Shown piece after piece: positions 9,354 through 19,233 of a stretch of 64,000 bases of DNA. Numbering within the stretch: position 1 is the first letter of the stretch; each line of letters starts with the position of its first letter. This DNA is from Planctomycetota bacterium (GTDB taxonomy: Bacteria; Planctomycetota; PUPC01; JACPCR01). A model generated the notes under the pieces. That model saw only the letters and a list, made by a program, of their open reading frames with translations. It did not search any database and had not been told where the DNA came from. Position numbers and translations under genes: made by a program. The stretch spans positions 28,336 to 92,335 of the forward strand of contig JACPCR010000061.1 in NCBI GenBank assembly GCA_016179685.1, given 5' to 3'.

Positions 9354-10649
9354 ATGGGGCACCCTGCAGGAAACGGGACATCGCCGGAAACTCTCGTTTC
9401 CCGCCGTGAGATGCTCGGCGCAGCCGCGGCCACGCTCGGCCTGCTGGCAGGCGGCGGGCTGTCCTCCGCGGCCGGCGGGGAAGAAGAGGACAGCCTCGAT
9501 TCGCTCCGGGGCCCCGCCGGCGTGCTCTGGGACCGAGTTCACAAACAGTTCCGGCTTCGCGGGGGACTCGCCTACCTCAACAACGGGTCCCTCGGCCCCT
9601 GCCCCGTCCAGGTGGTTCAGGCCGCCATCCAGGCCTGGCGCTCCCTCGAAGAAAACCCGGCGGATATGGCCTACGGGCCCCTTCTCGAGAAAATGGAAGC
9701 GGCCCGGACCCGCGCCGCAGGTTTCCTCGGCTGCGCCACGGAGGAATTGGCCGTCACCGGCAATACCACAGAGGGCATGAATGCCGTCGCCCAGGGCATA
9801 CGCCTCGAAGCGGGCGACCGCATCCTCACGACGGACCAGGAACACCCCGGGGGCCTGGCTGGCTGGGGATACCGCCAGAAGCACGAGGGCGTCCCGGTGG
9901 ACCTCGCGGCCCTGCCGACACCGCCAGCGAGCCCAGAGGCCATCGTCGAATCGATCCAACGAGGCCTCACGAAGGCAACACGGGTCATCAGCGTCAGCCA
10001 CGTCACCTATACGACCGGCCTCCGCATGCCCATCGAAGCCATTGCGAGCCTGGCCCGTGCGAACGGTGCGCTCCTGGTCGTTGACGGGGCGCAGGCCCCG
10101 GGGGTGCTGGACGTCGATGTCACACGCCTGGGGTGCGACGCCTACGCCACCAGCGCGCACAAGTGGATGCTCGCGCCTAAAGGCACCGGCCTGCTCTACG
10201 TCCGAAAAGAAAGTCAGGAAAGGATCGCGCCCCTCCTCCTCCAGCACGGATACCGGTCGTATACGGCCTCGACCGGCACCCGCAACGTTCCCGCCCTCAT
10301 CGGACTCGGCGCGGCCGTCGAGTTCCTCCAGCGGCTGGGGAAAATCGACATCGAACGCCGCGCCCTGACCCTGCGCACTCATCTCTACGAGGTGCTCCAG
10401 ACCCTTCCCGGCATCCAAGTGGTCAGCCCGCCCCCGGGCGACCTCGCCTCCAGCCTCCTGACCTTCACGCTCCCCAACGGGAAACAACCGGCAGCGGTCG
10501 CCAAGACTCTGGCCGAAGAGTATGGAGTCATCGTGCGTGTCATGTCCCACGGAAACGTACAAGGCATCCGCGTTTCCACCCACATTTACAATTCAGAAGC
10601 AGATTTGGACCGGCTGGTGTCCTCACTCCGCAAGGGGCTCGGCAAGTAG
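9354..10649 (+). CDS. class V aminotransferase (PLP-dependent, cysteine desulfurase / isopenicillin-N-epimerase-like) with Tat-type signal
   Basis: Twin-arginine motif SRREMLGAAAATLGLLAGG. Class V fold motifs LNNGSLGPCP, TTDQEHPG and the SAHKWMLAPKGTGLLY lysine-containing PLP site. ATG at 9354. Confidence 0.75.
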   Translation: MGHPAGNGTSPETLVSRREMLGAAAATLGLLAGGGLSSAAGGEEEDSLDSLRGPAGVLWDRVHKQFRLRGGLAYLNNGSLGPCPVQVVQAAIQAWRSLEENPADMAYGPLLEKMEAARTRAAGFLGCATEELAVTGNTTEGMNAVAQGIRLEAGDRILTTDQEHPGGLAGWGYRQKHEGVPVDLAALPTPPASPEAIVESIQRGLTKATRVISVSHVTYTTGLRMPIEAIASLARANGALLVVDGAQAPGVLDVDVTRLGCDAYATSAHKWMLAPKGTGLLYVRKESQERIAPLLLQHGYRSYTASTGTRNVPALIGLGAAVEFLQRLGKIDIERRALTLRTHLYEVLQTLPGIQVVSPPPGDLASSLLTFTLPNGKQPAAVAKTLAEEYGVIVRVMSHGNVQGIRVSTHIYNSEADLDRLVSSLRKGLGK

Positions 10650-10695
10650 CGAAGCCATGCACCTCAGCGAAGCGCATGGTGCATGGCTTCGCTAC
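10646..10695 (+). terminator. perfect 18-bp stem-loop directly after the aminotransferase stop (no U-tract)
   Basis: gtagcgaagccatgcacc / ggtgcatggcttcgctac arms with a 14-nt loop tcagcgaagcgcat. The loop near-duplicates part of the stem, allowing an alternative pairing. Starts 1 nt upstream of the TAG stop (10647-10649), overlapping the last codons, and continues into the 3' UTR. Confidence 0.4.
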
Positions 10696-10753
10696 TCCAT
10701 GGATTGAATTTCCGAAACTGTTACCCGAGTTCGCCGGTGGGTATCGACTTGTC

Positions 10754-10774
10754 TGACACCTGACACCTGACACC
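10754..10774. repeat. (TGACACC)x3 tandem heptamer immediately upstream of CDS 10788
   Basis: tgacacc tgacacc tgacacc followed by ttttt. Ends 14 nt before the ATG at 10788. Confidence 0.8.
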
Positions 10775-10787
10775 TTTTTCTCTGAAC

Positions 10788-12167
10788 ATGTCCTGGATTG
10801 AACCCTTCTTCCCCTATCACGACTGGCGAGGGCAGGTCTGGTTCGACCTCCTGGGCATCGGTTTTCTCTGCGTGTTCTGGGATACCCGGAAGTTGTTCTC
10901 GGTCCGGAATCTCGACTTGCTGGTGCTTTGCTCCTGGATTCCGCTGGGAGAATACGAGAAGGGCCCTCTGGCCGTAACGACCCTGCTGGGGTATCTGCCC
11001 CTCCTCTACCTCTGGCCGCGGCTGCTCTGGATGCTCCTGCGTCCCCCTCCCCCGCCACCCCGGCCCAACCTGCACGATCGCGCCCTCCACGTCCTGTCTT
11101 TCGTCCTGCTGGCCTACAGCATCGGCCTCACCCTCTCGGCGCCCTTCCCCTTCGGCCGAGTGGGACAGACCCGGTGGTGTCTCTCCGAGTCCTCGATCGT
11201 CGGCGTCCTCGGGGCCGACCAGTTTCTTCAGTGCCGGCCTCCCTACGGCCACCTTGCGGCATCACAGGAACGGCCCAAGACCATCTATGCCATCTACGGG
11301 CCGTCCTATTTCCTCTCCTTCGTGCCCGGCGTCCTTGCCGCCGGCGTAGGACGGCCGTTCACGGACTGGGCCGCCGCAGCGCGCTGGACCACCATTGCCC
11401 TGCTCCTGGTATCCTTTTTTGGGCTGCGCCGATTAGGCCATCGCCTGGGAGGGCCCCGTGCCGCCGCGACCCTGGGCTTCGCCTGGTCCGTCCTCCCTTA
11501 CCTCCACTCCGCGTCGTACTGGAGCTGGACCGGCAATCTCCTCCCGGCCGCCTTCACCATCCTGGTCTTGCTCGCCTCGGCCACCCGAGAAGGCGCGGCC
11601 CTCGGCCTCTCCGTGGCCAATGCCACGGCCGCCTCCTACTACCCGGCCGCCTGGCTGGCCCTCTGGCCCCTTGGGCTGCCACGCCGCGAAAAACTGGAAT
11701 TCTGGATTTACGCCTCCTGCCTCCTCCTCCTCTTCTTCGGCCTCGCCGTCGCCCAACCCCACGGAATGGCCAGATTCTGGAGTCAGGTCAGCACCTACCT
11801 CATCCCCGGCCGAATGCCCGAATGGCGCTACCAGTGGAGTCCCTACACTTACCATCCCTGGATGCACGCCTTGCGCTATGCCGCACTCGTCGCCTTCCTC
11901 CCGGTCGTGCTCTGGACCGGGTGGCGTCTCTTTTCCCGGTCCGCCGCACCCTCCCTTCAGACCCTCGCCGCCTCATCCGCGCTGCTCGAAATTCACGCAC
12001 AACTCTTTAAAATCCATGCTCCGGGCCGAATGACCCTCTGGTCGCTCCCCTTCCTCCTCGTGCTCCTCATCCCCTGCGGGCCCGACCCAGAAGCCGGAAG
12101 TGAAGGCCTTGGAGACCCGCTCGAAGAAACTCCACCCGCTGCCCGGCCTGACCTTGAACCGAGGTAA
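10788..12167 (+). CDS. hypothetical polytopic membrane protein (possible GT-C-like)
   Basis: 459 aa with about 10 hydrophobic helices, a Pro-rich loop and a C-terminal acidic tail. No diagnostic motif. Confidence 0.55.
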   Translation: MSWIEPFFPYHDWRGQVWFDLLGIGFLCVFWDTRKLFSVRNLDLLVLCSWIPLGEYEKGPLAVTTLLGYLPLLYLWPRLLWMLLRPPPPPPRPNLHDRALHVLSFVLLAYSIGLTLSAPFPFGRVGQTRWCLSESSIVGVLGADQFLQCRPPYGHLAASQERPKTIYAIYGPSYFLSFVPGVLAAGVGRPFTDWAAAARWTTIALLLVSFFGLRRLGHRLGGPRAAATLGFAWSVLPYLHSASYWSWTGNLLPAAFTILVLLASATREGAALGLSVANATAASYYPAAWLALWPLGLPRREKLEFWIYASCLLLLFFGLAVAQPHGMARFWSQVSTYLIPGRMPEWRYQWSPYTYHPWMHALRYAALVAFLPVVLWTGWRLFSRSAAPSLQTLAASSALLEIHAQLFKIHAPGRMTLWSLPFLLVLLIPCGPDPEAGSEGLGDPLEETPPAARPDLEPR

Positions 12168-12223
12168 ACCTTCCGCCGTCCGATTGCCTCCCGGATGCTA
12201 CAACCCTACTCCAAGGAGATGCC

Positions 12224-13600
12224 ATGCAACGCATCGCTCCTGTCCTCATCCTCCTCGCCAGCACGTGCCTGGCCCCCGGTGTCCCCGCTTCCGCAGAGCC
12301 TCCGCTCAATCCACTCGCCGGCGGCGGCCGATTCGCCGGCCTCTTCCTGAGCGATGAGCTGGCCGTGGAAATCAAGGTCGCGCCCGGCGGCTATGCCGGT
12401 TCCATACGGCTGGGAGACCAGGCCTTCACGCTCAAGGCCCGCGAGGTCGGCGGGACCCTCGAAGGTGGTTTCCAGAGCCAGGGACACGATTTCTCTTTCC
12501 AGGCGACCCTGAAAGACAGGACTCTGACCTTCACGACTGAAGGCACGACTTACACGCTCCAGAAGCAAAGCTTGAACCCCTTGGCCAGGCCGGCGCAGCC
12601 CGTGCGGCCCAGGCGGGACGTGCCGCAACGACCGCCGGAACAAAGCCCAGACGGCGAGGCGCCAGGCGACGCGCCAGGCGAGGTGGAACAGGTCGCGCCG
12701 GGCGGCGTGCCGGACGAAGCGCCGGGCGAGGCCGCCCGACCCCAGGCGGACGCCGGAGAAGGTCCGCGGACGGGCAAGACCTACCGACACCCCCTGGGCT
12801 TCAGCTTCGGATACCCGGCCACCTGGAACGTTCAGGAGACGCAAGCGGGGCTGCAGCTCGTGCCACCGGACGTTGCCACGAGCGCCCAGGGCGCCCTCGA
12901 AGCTTATCTGATCATCGGCCAGCCAGCCGCAGGCATCACGAAGCCCGACGATCCCCGCGTCGTCCAGTTCTTTGACCAGCAAGTGCTCAGCTTTGCCCCT
13001 TTTCTCCAGCGGTCCCAGAAGTTCGAGGTGTTGAAGACCGGCGGCCAGGCGGCGGCCGGCTACCTCTGGGAAGGGAAGAGCCCCATCGGCGTGCAGAGTC
13101 GCATGAAGGCCTACGTGGTCATTCTCAAGGGATACGCCATCGGTCTCATCGCCGTGGGCGCTACGGAGCGCATTGAGGCTCGGGAGGGGGTCCTCAGGGA
13201 AATGTTCACCACGTTCGGCTTTGGAGAGGGCGAGAAGGACCCCCGGCTGGTCGGCGCGTGGCGCTACGAGCACTACTATTCCACCAAAGACTTTTCCTCC
13301 ACCTCCATCAAGACCACGGTGCTCCGGCCAGACGGATCGTTCAGTTCGAGCGGCCAGACCATGGCCAACGCCCAGCACCGCGACGGCGGCGGCGACCTCA
13401 CCGGCTCGACGATGCTGGACACGGGCGAGAGCGCGGGCGACCGCGGCCGCTGGGGCGCGGGCGGCAGCAAGCTGTTCCTGATCTGGGACGACGGCTCCTA
13501 TGCGGAATACCAGTACCACGTCGAAGGCCAGCCCGGCGCCCGCAACCTGCTCCTCGTCACCCCCGACGGCAAGAAACAGCTCTGGACCGAAGTGCAGTAA
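12224..13600 (+). CDS. hypothetical secreted protein
   Basis: Signal peptide MQRIAPVLILLASTCLAPGVPASA. AAGGAG RBS 8 nt upstream. A Pro/Ala/Glu-rich linker, then a globular C-terminal domain. Confidence 0.6.
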   Translation: MQRIAPVLILLASTCLAPGVPASAEPPLNPLAGGGRFAGLFLSDELAVEIKVAPGGYAGSIRLGDQAFTLKAREVGGTLEGGFQSQGHDFSFQATLKDRTLTFTTEGTTYTLQKQSLNPLARPAQPVRPRRDVPQRPPEQSPDGEAPGDAPGEVEQVAPGGVPDEAPGEAARPQADAGEGPRTGKTYRHPLGFSFGYPATWNVQETQAGLQLVPPDVATSAQGALEAYLIIGQPAAGITKPDDPRVVQFFDQQVLSFAPFLQRSQKFEVLKTGGQAAAGYLWEGKSPIGVQSRMKAYVVILKGYAIGLIAVGATERIEAREGVLREMFTTFGFGEGEKDPRLVGAWRYEHYYSTKDFSSTSIKTTVLRPDGSFSSSGQTMANAQHRDGGGDLTGSTMLDTGESAGDRGRWGAGGSKLFLIWDDGSYAEYQYHVEGQPGARNLLLVTPDGKKQLWTEVQ

Positions 13601-13601
13601 G

Positions 13602-13630
13602 TTGACAGCATGGCCTGTATTTGCTAAGTT
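13602..13630 (+). promoter_or_regulatory. sigma70-type promoter for acs (TTGACA-N17-TAAGTT)
   Basis: ttgaca 13602-13607, 17-nt spacer, taagtt 13625-13630. A GAGGTGA RBS precedes the ATG at 13671. Confidence 0.5.
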
Positions 13631-13670
13631 TCCTGCGCTTTTCGTCGAGGTTCCCGTTTGAGGTGATCCC

Positions 13671-15653
13671 ATGAACCAGGAAGCGACGGCGTCAGCGGCT
13701 GAGAAATACTACCCTTCTCCCGACTTTGTCCGGAAGGCCTACGTCAGCAGCCTTCAGAACTACCAGGAGATGTATCGCCAATCGGTCCAGGACCCTGAGG
13801 GATTCTGGGCAAAGATTGCAGAGGAATACTACTGGCAGAAGAAATGGGACAAGGTCCATACCCACAACTTCAACCTCGACCGGGGCCCCATCGATCTGAA
13901 GTGGTTCATCGGTGCGAAAACGAACATCACCTACAACGTGCTGGACCGGCACCTCGAAGACCGAGGCGATCAGGTCGCCCTCCTCTGGGAAGGCAACGAC
14001 CTGGGCGAGGACCGGAAATTGACCTACCGGCAGCTCTTCCGGGAGGTGTGCCGATTCGCCAACGTGCTCAACGCCAAGGGGGTGAAGAAGGGCGACCGCG
14101 TGGCCATCTACATGCCCATGGTGCTCGAACTGCCGGTGGCCATGCTGGCCTGCGCCCGCATCGGCGCTGTCCATTCCGTCGTCTTCGGAGGTTTCTCCGC
14201 CGAGTCCCTGGCGGACCGCATCCTGGATTCCCGGGCAAAAATCCTGATCACCGCGGATGGGGTCATGCGCGGCAGCAAGGTCATCCCTCTCAAGCAAGTG
14301 GCCGATGAGGCCATGGCCACCTCCGAAAAGAGGGGTTTTCACGTCGAGGCCTGCATCGTTTATCAGCGCCTCGGCCAGAAAGCTCAAGCCCCGTGGAATC
14401 CCAAGAGAGACTCCTGGTGGCACGACCTCATGGCCAAAGCCAGCGACCAGTGCGACCCGGTCTGGATGGACGCCGAGGACCCCCTTTTCATGCTGTACAC
14501 CTCGGGCTCGACGGGCAAGCCGAAGGGCGTCTTGCACACCGTCGGCGGCTACATGGTCTATACGGGGGTGACGTTCAAGTACATCTTCGACTACCATCCG
14601 GGCGACATCTGGTGGTGTACCGCGGACATCGGCTGGGTCACCGGTCATAGCTACATCATCTACGGTCCCTTGAGCCAGGGCGCCATCTCCCTGATGTACG
14701 AGGGCACGCCGGTCCACCCGGACCCGGGCCGGTTCTGGGCCATCGTGGACAAGTACCAGGTCAACCAGATTTATACCGCGCCCACGGCCATCCGGGCGCT
14801 GATGAGCTTCGGCGACGACTGGGTGAAGAAGCACAGCCGGAAGTCGCTGCGTCTGCTGGGCACCGTGGGCGAGCCGATCAATCCGGAGGCCTGGCGGTGG
14901 TATCACCGCGTCGTGGGCGACGGCCGCTGCCCGGTGGTGGACACGTGGTGGCAGACGGAGACGGGGGGCATCTTGATCACGCCGCTGCCGGGCGCGTGGC
15001 CGCAGAAGCCGGGCTCGGCGACGCTGCCCTTCTTCGGCGTTATTCCGGCTGTTCTGGACGAGAAGGGCAACGAGCTTCAAGGCGAATGTTCGGGCCTCCT
15101 GGTGATCAAGAAGCCGTGGCCCGGCATGATGCGCACGGTCTACGGCGACCATGAGCGCTTCGAGAAGACCTACTTCGAGGCCTACAAGGGCTACTATTTG
15201 ACGGGCGACGGATGCCGCCGCGACGCGGACGGGTACTACTGGCTCACGGGCCGAGTGGACGACGTGATCAACGTGAGCGGACACCGGATCGGCACGGCGG
15301 AGGTGGAGAGTGCGCTGGTGAGCCACACGGCGGTGGCCGAAGCGGCCGTCGTCGGTTTCCCCCATCCCATCAAGGGCTTGGGCATCTATGCGTACGTTAC
15401 GCTGAAGGCGGGCCGGGAATACACGGCCGTGCTCAAGGACGAGCTCAAGAAACAGGTCCGCAAGGAGATCGGCCCCTTCGCCCAGCCGGACGTGATCCAC
15501 TGGGCGCCGGGCCTGCCCAAGACGCGGTCGGGGAAGATCATGCGCCGCATCCTCCGGAAGATTGCCGAGGGGCAGATTTCGGACCTGGGGGACACCACGA
15601 CGCTGGCCGATCCGGCGGTAGTGGACACGCTGCTCGCGAACAAAGGCAAGTGA
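13671..15653 (+). CDS. acs: acetyl-coenzyme A synthetase (AMP-forming)
   Basis: 660 aa with the conserved N-terminus ...[35 protein letters not shown]-binding motifs [27 protein letters not shown] and TWWQTETGG, and C-terminal [17 protein letters not shown]. Confidence 0.95.
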   Translation: MNQEATASAAEKYYPSPDFVRKAYVSSLQNYQEMYRQSVQDPEGFWAKIAEEYYWQKKWDKVHTHNFNLDRGPIDLKWFIGAKTNITYNVLDRHLEDRGDQVALLWEGNDLGEDRKLTYRQLFREVCRFANVLNAKGVKKGDRVAIYMPMVLELPVAMLACARIGAVHSVVFGGFSAESLADRILDSRAKILITADGVMRGSKVIPLKQVADEAMATSEKRGFHVEACIVYQRLGQKAQAPWNPKRDSWWHDLMAKASDQCDPVWMDAEDPLFMLYTSGSTGKPKGVLHTVGGYMVYTGVTFKYIFDYHPGDIWWCTADIGWVTGHSYIIYGPLSQGAISLMYEGTPVHPDPGRFWAIVDKYQVNQIYTAPTAIRALMSFGDDWVKKHSRKSLRLLGTVGEPINPEAWRWYHRVVGDGRCPVVDTWWQTETGGILITPLPGAWPQKPGSATLPFFGVIPAVLDEKGNELQGECSGLLVIKKPWPGMMRTVYGDHERFEKTYFEAYKGYYLTGDGCRRDADGYYWLTGRVDDVINVSGHRIGTAEVESALVSHTAVAEAAVVGFPHPIKGLGIYAYVTLKAGREYTAVLKDELKKQVRKEIGPFAQPDVIHWAPGLPKTRSGKIMRRILRKIAEGQISDLGDTTTLADPAVVDTLLANKGK

Positions 15654-15763
15654 TCGACGGCGAGACGGCAGCTTCACCGCCGCACTCTGAGAAATCTTTG
15701 CGCTCCGATCCGAACACTCACCCTCGAACCCGCGCGGGCGGAATCTGGTCCGCGTCGCGACGG

Positions 15764-17851
15764 ATGCTTCCTGCCTGCCACCGCCTCCTTCTTTCCCTTC
15801 CGGTCCTTCTGCTGCGTTCCGGAGGCGCGTCCAGTGCGGACTGGGCTCTCGAAGGCTACCGTTGCCGCCGCGAGCTCGAGGTCCGCGGCGAGCCCGCCGG
15901 AGAGGGCGAGATTGCCCGCGTCCGATTCCTGACCCTGGGTTACGCCCGGCCCGACGGGTCCGATGTGCGCGCCGTCGGGCCAGACGGCATCCTGCCCTCC
16001 AGCGTCCTATCCATGAGACACGACTTGTGCCGCCTCGCCGTAGGCCTGAGGCCCGGCCTCCGGCGCTTCTGGGTCTACTACGGACACCCGGGGCCTGGCG
16101 AGCCTCCCGCACCCGCGCTCGATGCCTGGCGGGGACTCTGGCTTGAGACCAGGCGCTACAATGGAGGCGAGTGCCGCAACTGGGCCGAGATGGAAGAAAC
16201 GATCCGCAAGTCGGGCCCCTCTCTGGGCCGCGATGTCGCGCCCCAGGTCTTCCACGGCTACAACCCCTTCGGGCCCTCGGACCATTACGTCAGCCTGTAC
16301 GAGGGATGGCTGAGCGTCCCGCGGAGCGGGGAATACGTCTTTGCCACGACTTCCGACGACGCGTCGTTCCTGTTCGTCGGCGGGCGGCTCGAGGTCTCGA
16401 AAACAGGCTGGGGCCCCGCGCCCCACCACGCCCGGCACGTGAGCGGACCCGTCAAGCTGGAGCAGGGCCGATCCTACCCGTTCCGTTACTGCCACGTCGA
16501 GGGGACAGGGGAACAAGCCGCGGTGGCCGCGTGGAAGCCGCCGGACGAGGAGTTCCAGCTCATCCCCGCCACCGCTTTCCCGGGCGTGCGCGAGTGTGCG
16601 CCCATCCATCATGACCTGCGGGACTGGCCCATCGCGCCGGATTTCATCGTCGTCAACGAAGGGGAGGCGCCCCTGCAAGGCAAGACCTACTTCCGCCATG
16701 CCTTCCGGGACACCACGCCGGGCGACACGCTTTCTTACGAGCCATTCTGGGACTTCGGAGACGGCGGCACGAGCAAGGACCGCAATCCCGTGCATATTTA
16801 CCTGGAGCCCGGGCTCTACACGGCCTCCTTCTCACTGAGCCGCGCCGGCCAGTCCTACCGCGTCGCGCTCCGCGTCGAGGCCAACTGGGACTGGGAAAAC
16901 CCGTTCAGGCCATCGTCGGACGAGGTGTCCGATTACTATCCCTTCCTGAAGAAGTACGATTTCCCGCGCCTGAGCACGCCCGCGCTCGAGAACGCCCTCG
17001 AAATATTCCGCTTCCTGCGGAAGCCGGATGAGCTGCTCGCCGTTTCACACGCCCTGCTGCTGCGCGACGAGGTGGCGGCGGACGAGGCCAGGCTGTTCGC
17101 TACCGCGCTCGAATACGGCCGCCAGCTCCGGGACCGGCAGAAGGCCTACGGGAAGGCCGTCGAAGCCTTCCTCTTCGCGGACGAGCGAGTGAGAGACCCG
17201 GCGCGGAAGGCCCGCCTTCGCCTCGAAATCGGCGACGTCTTCTTCTTCTTCGAGGAGGACTACGAGCGCGCCCGGGCGGCCTACCTGGGCCTTCTGAAGG
17301 ACTTCGCGGAGTTGAAGGACAGCGTGCTCCGCCAGGCGCAGATTCGGCTCGGAGAGATCGACATGCGATACGGGGATGCCTCGAAGGCCCTTGCTGCTTT
17401 CCAAGCGGCGGAGAAAATGCCTTCGCCGAAAAGGGCCTTCGACCAGGACCTGGCGGTTCTGGGCGGCCTTCCCCTGCGGGTGGAGGACTACCTGCGCCGC
17501 GGCGAGCTCGATGCGGCCGAGGAGGAGCTCGACCGATGGGAGTGGGAATACCCGATCGAACGGCTCGCCGGCTGCTCGACCCTCTGGCGGGTGCGCCTGG
17601 CCCAGGCCCGAGGCCAGCAGGAGGAGGCCATCAAGCTCGCCCGGATTCTCGTGCACGCTTCGCCCCGAAGCGCTTATGCGGCCGAGCTGCTCCTCGAGGC
17701 CGCAAAATCCTACGGAGCGCGAGGCGACCTCGATTCCGCCCGCAAGATGTTCGAACGCATCCTCCAGGACTACCCCGAAACGCCGCTGCAAGGCGAGGTC
17801 AGGGCTCGACTGGACGCCCTCAAGGCCCCGAAAGAAACACCCGGCAAGTAA
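15764..17851 (+). CDS. secreted PA14-domain / PKD-domain / TPR-repeat protein
   Basis: Signal peptide MLPACHRLLLSLPVLLLRSGGASSA. PA14-like GEYVFATTSDDASFLFVGGRLEV. PKD-like FWDFGDGGTSKDRNPVHIYLEPGLYTASFSL. C-terminal TPR-like helical repeats. The track ORF at 15212 overlaps acs, and that upstream part was rejected. Confidence 0.75.
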   Translation: MLPACHRLLLSLPVLLLRSGGASSADWALEGYRCRRELEVRGEPAGEGEIARVRFLTLGYARPDGSDVRAVGPDGILPSSVLSMRHDLCRLAVGLRPGLRRFWVYYGHPGPGEPPAPALDAWRGLWLETRRYNGGECRNWAEMEETIRKSGPSLGRDVAPQVFHGYNPFGPSDHYVSLYEGWLSVPRSGEYVFATTSDDASFLFVGGRLEVSKTGWGPAPHHARHVSGPVKLEQGRSYPFRYCHVEGTGEQAAVAAWKPPDEEFQLIPATAFPGVRECAPIHHDLRDWPIAPDFIVVNEGEAPLQGKTYFRHAFRDTTPGDTLSYEPFWDFGDGGTSKDRNPVHIYLEPGLYTASFSLSRAGQSYRVALRVEANWDWENPFRPSSDEVSDYYPFLKKYDFPRLSTPALENALEIFRFLRKPDELLAVSHALLLRDEVAADEARLFATALEYGRQLRDRQKAYGKAVEAFLFADERVRDPARKARLRLEIGDVFFFFEEDYERARAAYLGLLKDFAELKDSVLRQAQIRLGEIDMRYGDASKALAAFQAAEKMPSPKRAFDQDLAVLGGLPLRVEDYLRRGELDAAEEELDRWEWEYPIERLAGCSTLWRVRLAQARGQQEEAIKLARILVHASPRSAYAAELLLEAAKSYGARGDLDSARKMFERILQDYPETPLQGEVRARLDALKAPKETPGK

Positions 17852-17862
17852 GACGAGCATCC

Positions 17863-19233
17863 ATGGAAACCCTCATGTCCCTCCCAACCCTGGCCTCGGC
17901 CCTCGAATACCTCTATCGGTTCACCGATTACGAAAAGATGGGCCGCTATAAGTACTCCAGGTCCACGTTCGACCTCGAACGCATGGACCGGATGCTGGCC
18001 TGGTGCGGCCACCCGGAACGGCAGATTCCGGTGCTGGTCCACGTCGCGGGCACGAAGGGGAAGGGGAGCACGTGCGCTTACACGGCCGCGCTGACCGAGG
18101 CCTCGGGCAGCCGCACAGGCCTCTATACCTCCCCTCATCTCGAAGGAGTCCGCGAGCGCATCGTCGTCCGCGGGCAGCCGATCGGGGAGGAGGCTCTGCG
18201 GGACTTGATTGATTGGATTCGGGCCTACCTCGAGCGTCCCCAAGAGGGCCTCCCGCCCACGTTCTTCGACATTTTCACCACCATGGCCTTCCAGCATTTC
18301 CGCCAGCAGCAGTGCGGCGTCGGCGTCATCGAGGTCGGGCTCGGAGGCCGGCTCGATTCGACCAACGTCATCCTTCCCACGGTCACCGCGATCACCCCGA
18401 TCCACTATGACCACACGGACAAGCTCGGCGAGGAGCTGCACCAGATCGCTGGCGAGAAGGCGGGAATCCTGAAGCCCGGCGTCCCGGTCGTCGTCGGCAT
18501 CCAGATCGATGAGGCCGCTCGAGTCCTTCAAGACCGGATTCGGGACTTGGGCGTCCCGGCCTGGTGGCTCGGCCGGGAGGTCCGGATACGAGCCGAGCCG
18601 GGCGACGGCTGCTGTTTCGAGGTCGAGACGCCGGTCCGGCGACACCCGGGCCTGCGCCTCCGGGTGCTGGGCCGTCACCAGAGGGAGAATGCGGCCATCG
18701 CCCTGGGACTGAGCGACTGGCTCGGACAACTGAAAGAGATGCCGTTGAGCGCCCGAGCGGCGGCAGATGCTCTCGCCGCGCTGAGGCTGCCGGGCCGAAT
18801 CGAGGTCTTTGGCCGACGCCCGCCTGTCATCCTCGACAGCGCTCACAACGCCCTTTCGGCCATGGTCCTGTCCCAGACGATTCGTGAGCATTTTTCACCC
18901 CGTCGGACTTATCTTGTCCTGGGCATCGCCTCGGACAAGAACCTCCGGGCCATCCTGGAGCATCTGGCGCCGCTGGCGACTCGCATCGCGGCCACCGCCG
19001 CCCATAATTCGAGGGCGCTGCCTCCTGGGGACCTCGCCGAGCAGATCGGGAATATCTCGGCGGTACCCGTCGTCTCAATTTCTGAGCCCGCGGAGGCCCT
19101 GGCCCGGGCGCGGGACTGGGCACAGGCCGATGACCTGATTGTTGTGGCCGGCTCCTTTTACCTGGCTGGCGAGATCCGGCCCATCCTCCACCAACTGTTC
19201 CCTGAACGGGCCGAAGAGGAATACCCGACATGA
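17863..19233 (+). CDS. folC: bifunctional folylpolyglutamate synthase / dihydrofolate synthase
   Basis: Mur-ligase P-loop VHVAGTKGKGST, then TSPHL, then EVGLGGRLDSTNVI. ATG at 17863 (METLMSLP). Confidence 0.85.
   Translation: METLMSLPTLASALEYLYRFTDYEKMGRYKYSRSTFDLERMDRMLAWCGHPERQIPVLVHVAGTKGKGSTCAYTAALTEASGSRTGLYTSPHLEGVRERIVVRGQPIGEEALRDLIDWIRAYLERPQEGLPPTFFDIFTTMAFQHFRQQQCGVGVIEVGLGGRLDSTNVILPTVTAITPIHYDHTDKLGEELHQIAGEKAGILKPGVPVVVGIQIDEAARVLQDRIRDLGVPAWWLGREVRIRAEPGDGCCFEVETPVRRHPGLRLRVLGRHQRENAAIALGLSDWLGQLKEMPLSARAAADALAALRLPGRIEVFGRRPPVILDSAHNALSAMVLSQTIREHFSPRRTYLVLGIASDKNLRAILEHLAPLATRIAATAAHNSRALPPGDLAEQIGNISAVPVVSISEPAEALARARDWAQADDLIVVAGSFYLAGEIRPILHQLFPERAEEEYPT

Noticed and set aside
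15212-15763. 5' extension of the PA14/PKD ORF overlapping the 3' end of acs.
   Set aside because: The extension overlaps the well-conserved acs C-terminus in another frame and is Arg/Gly-rich. A clean signal peptide begins at ATG 15764, just after the acs stop.
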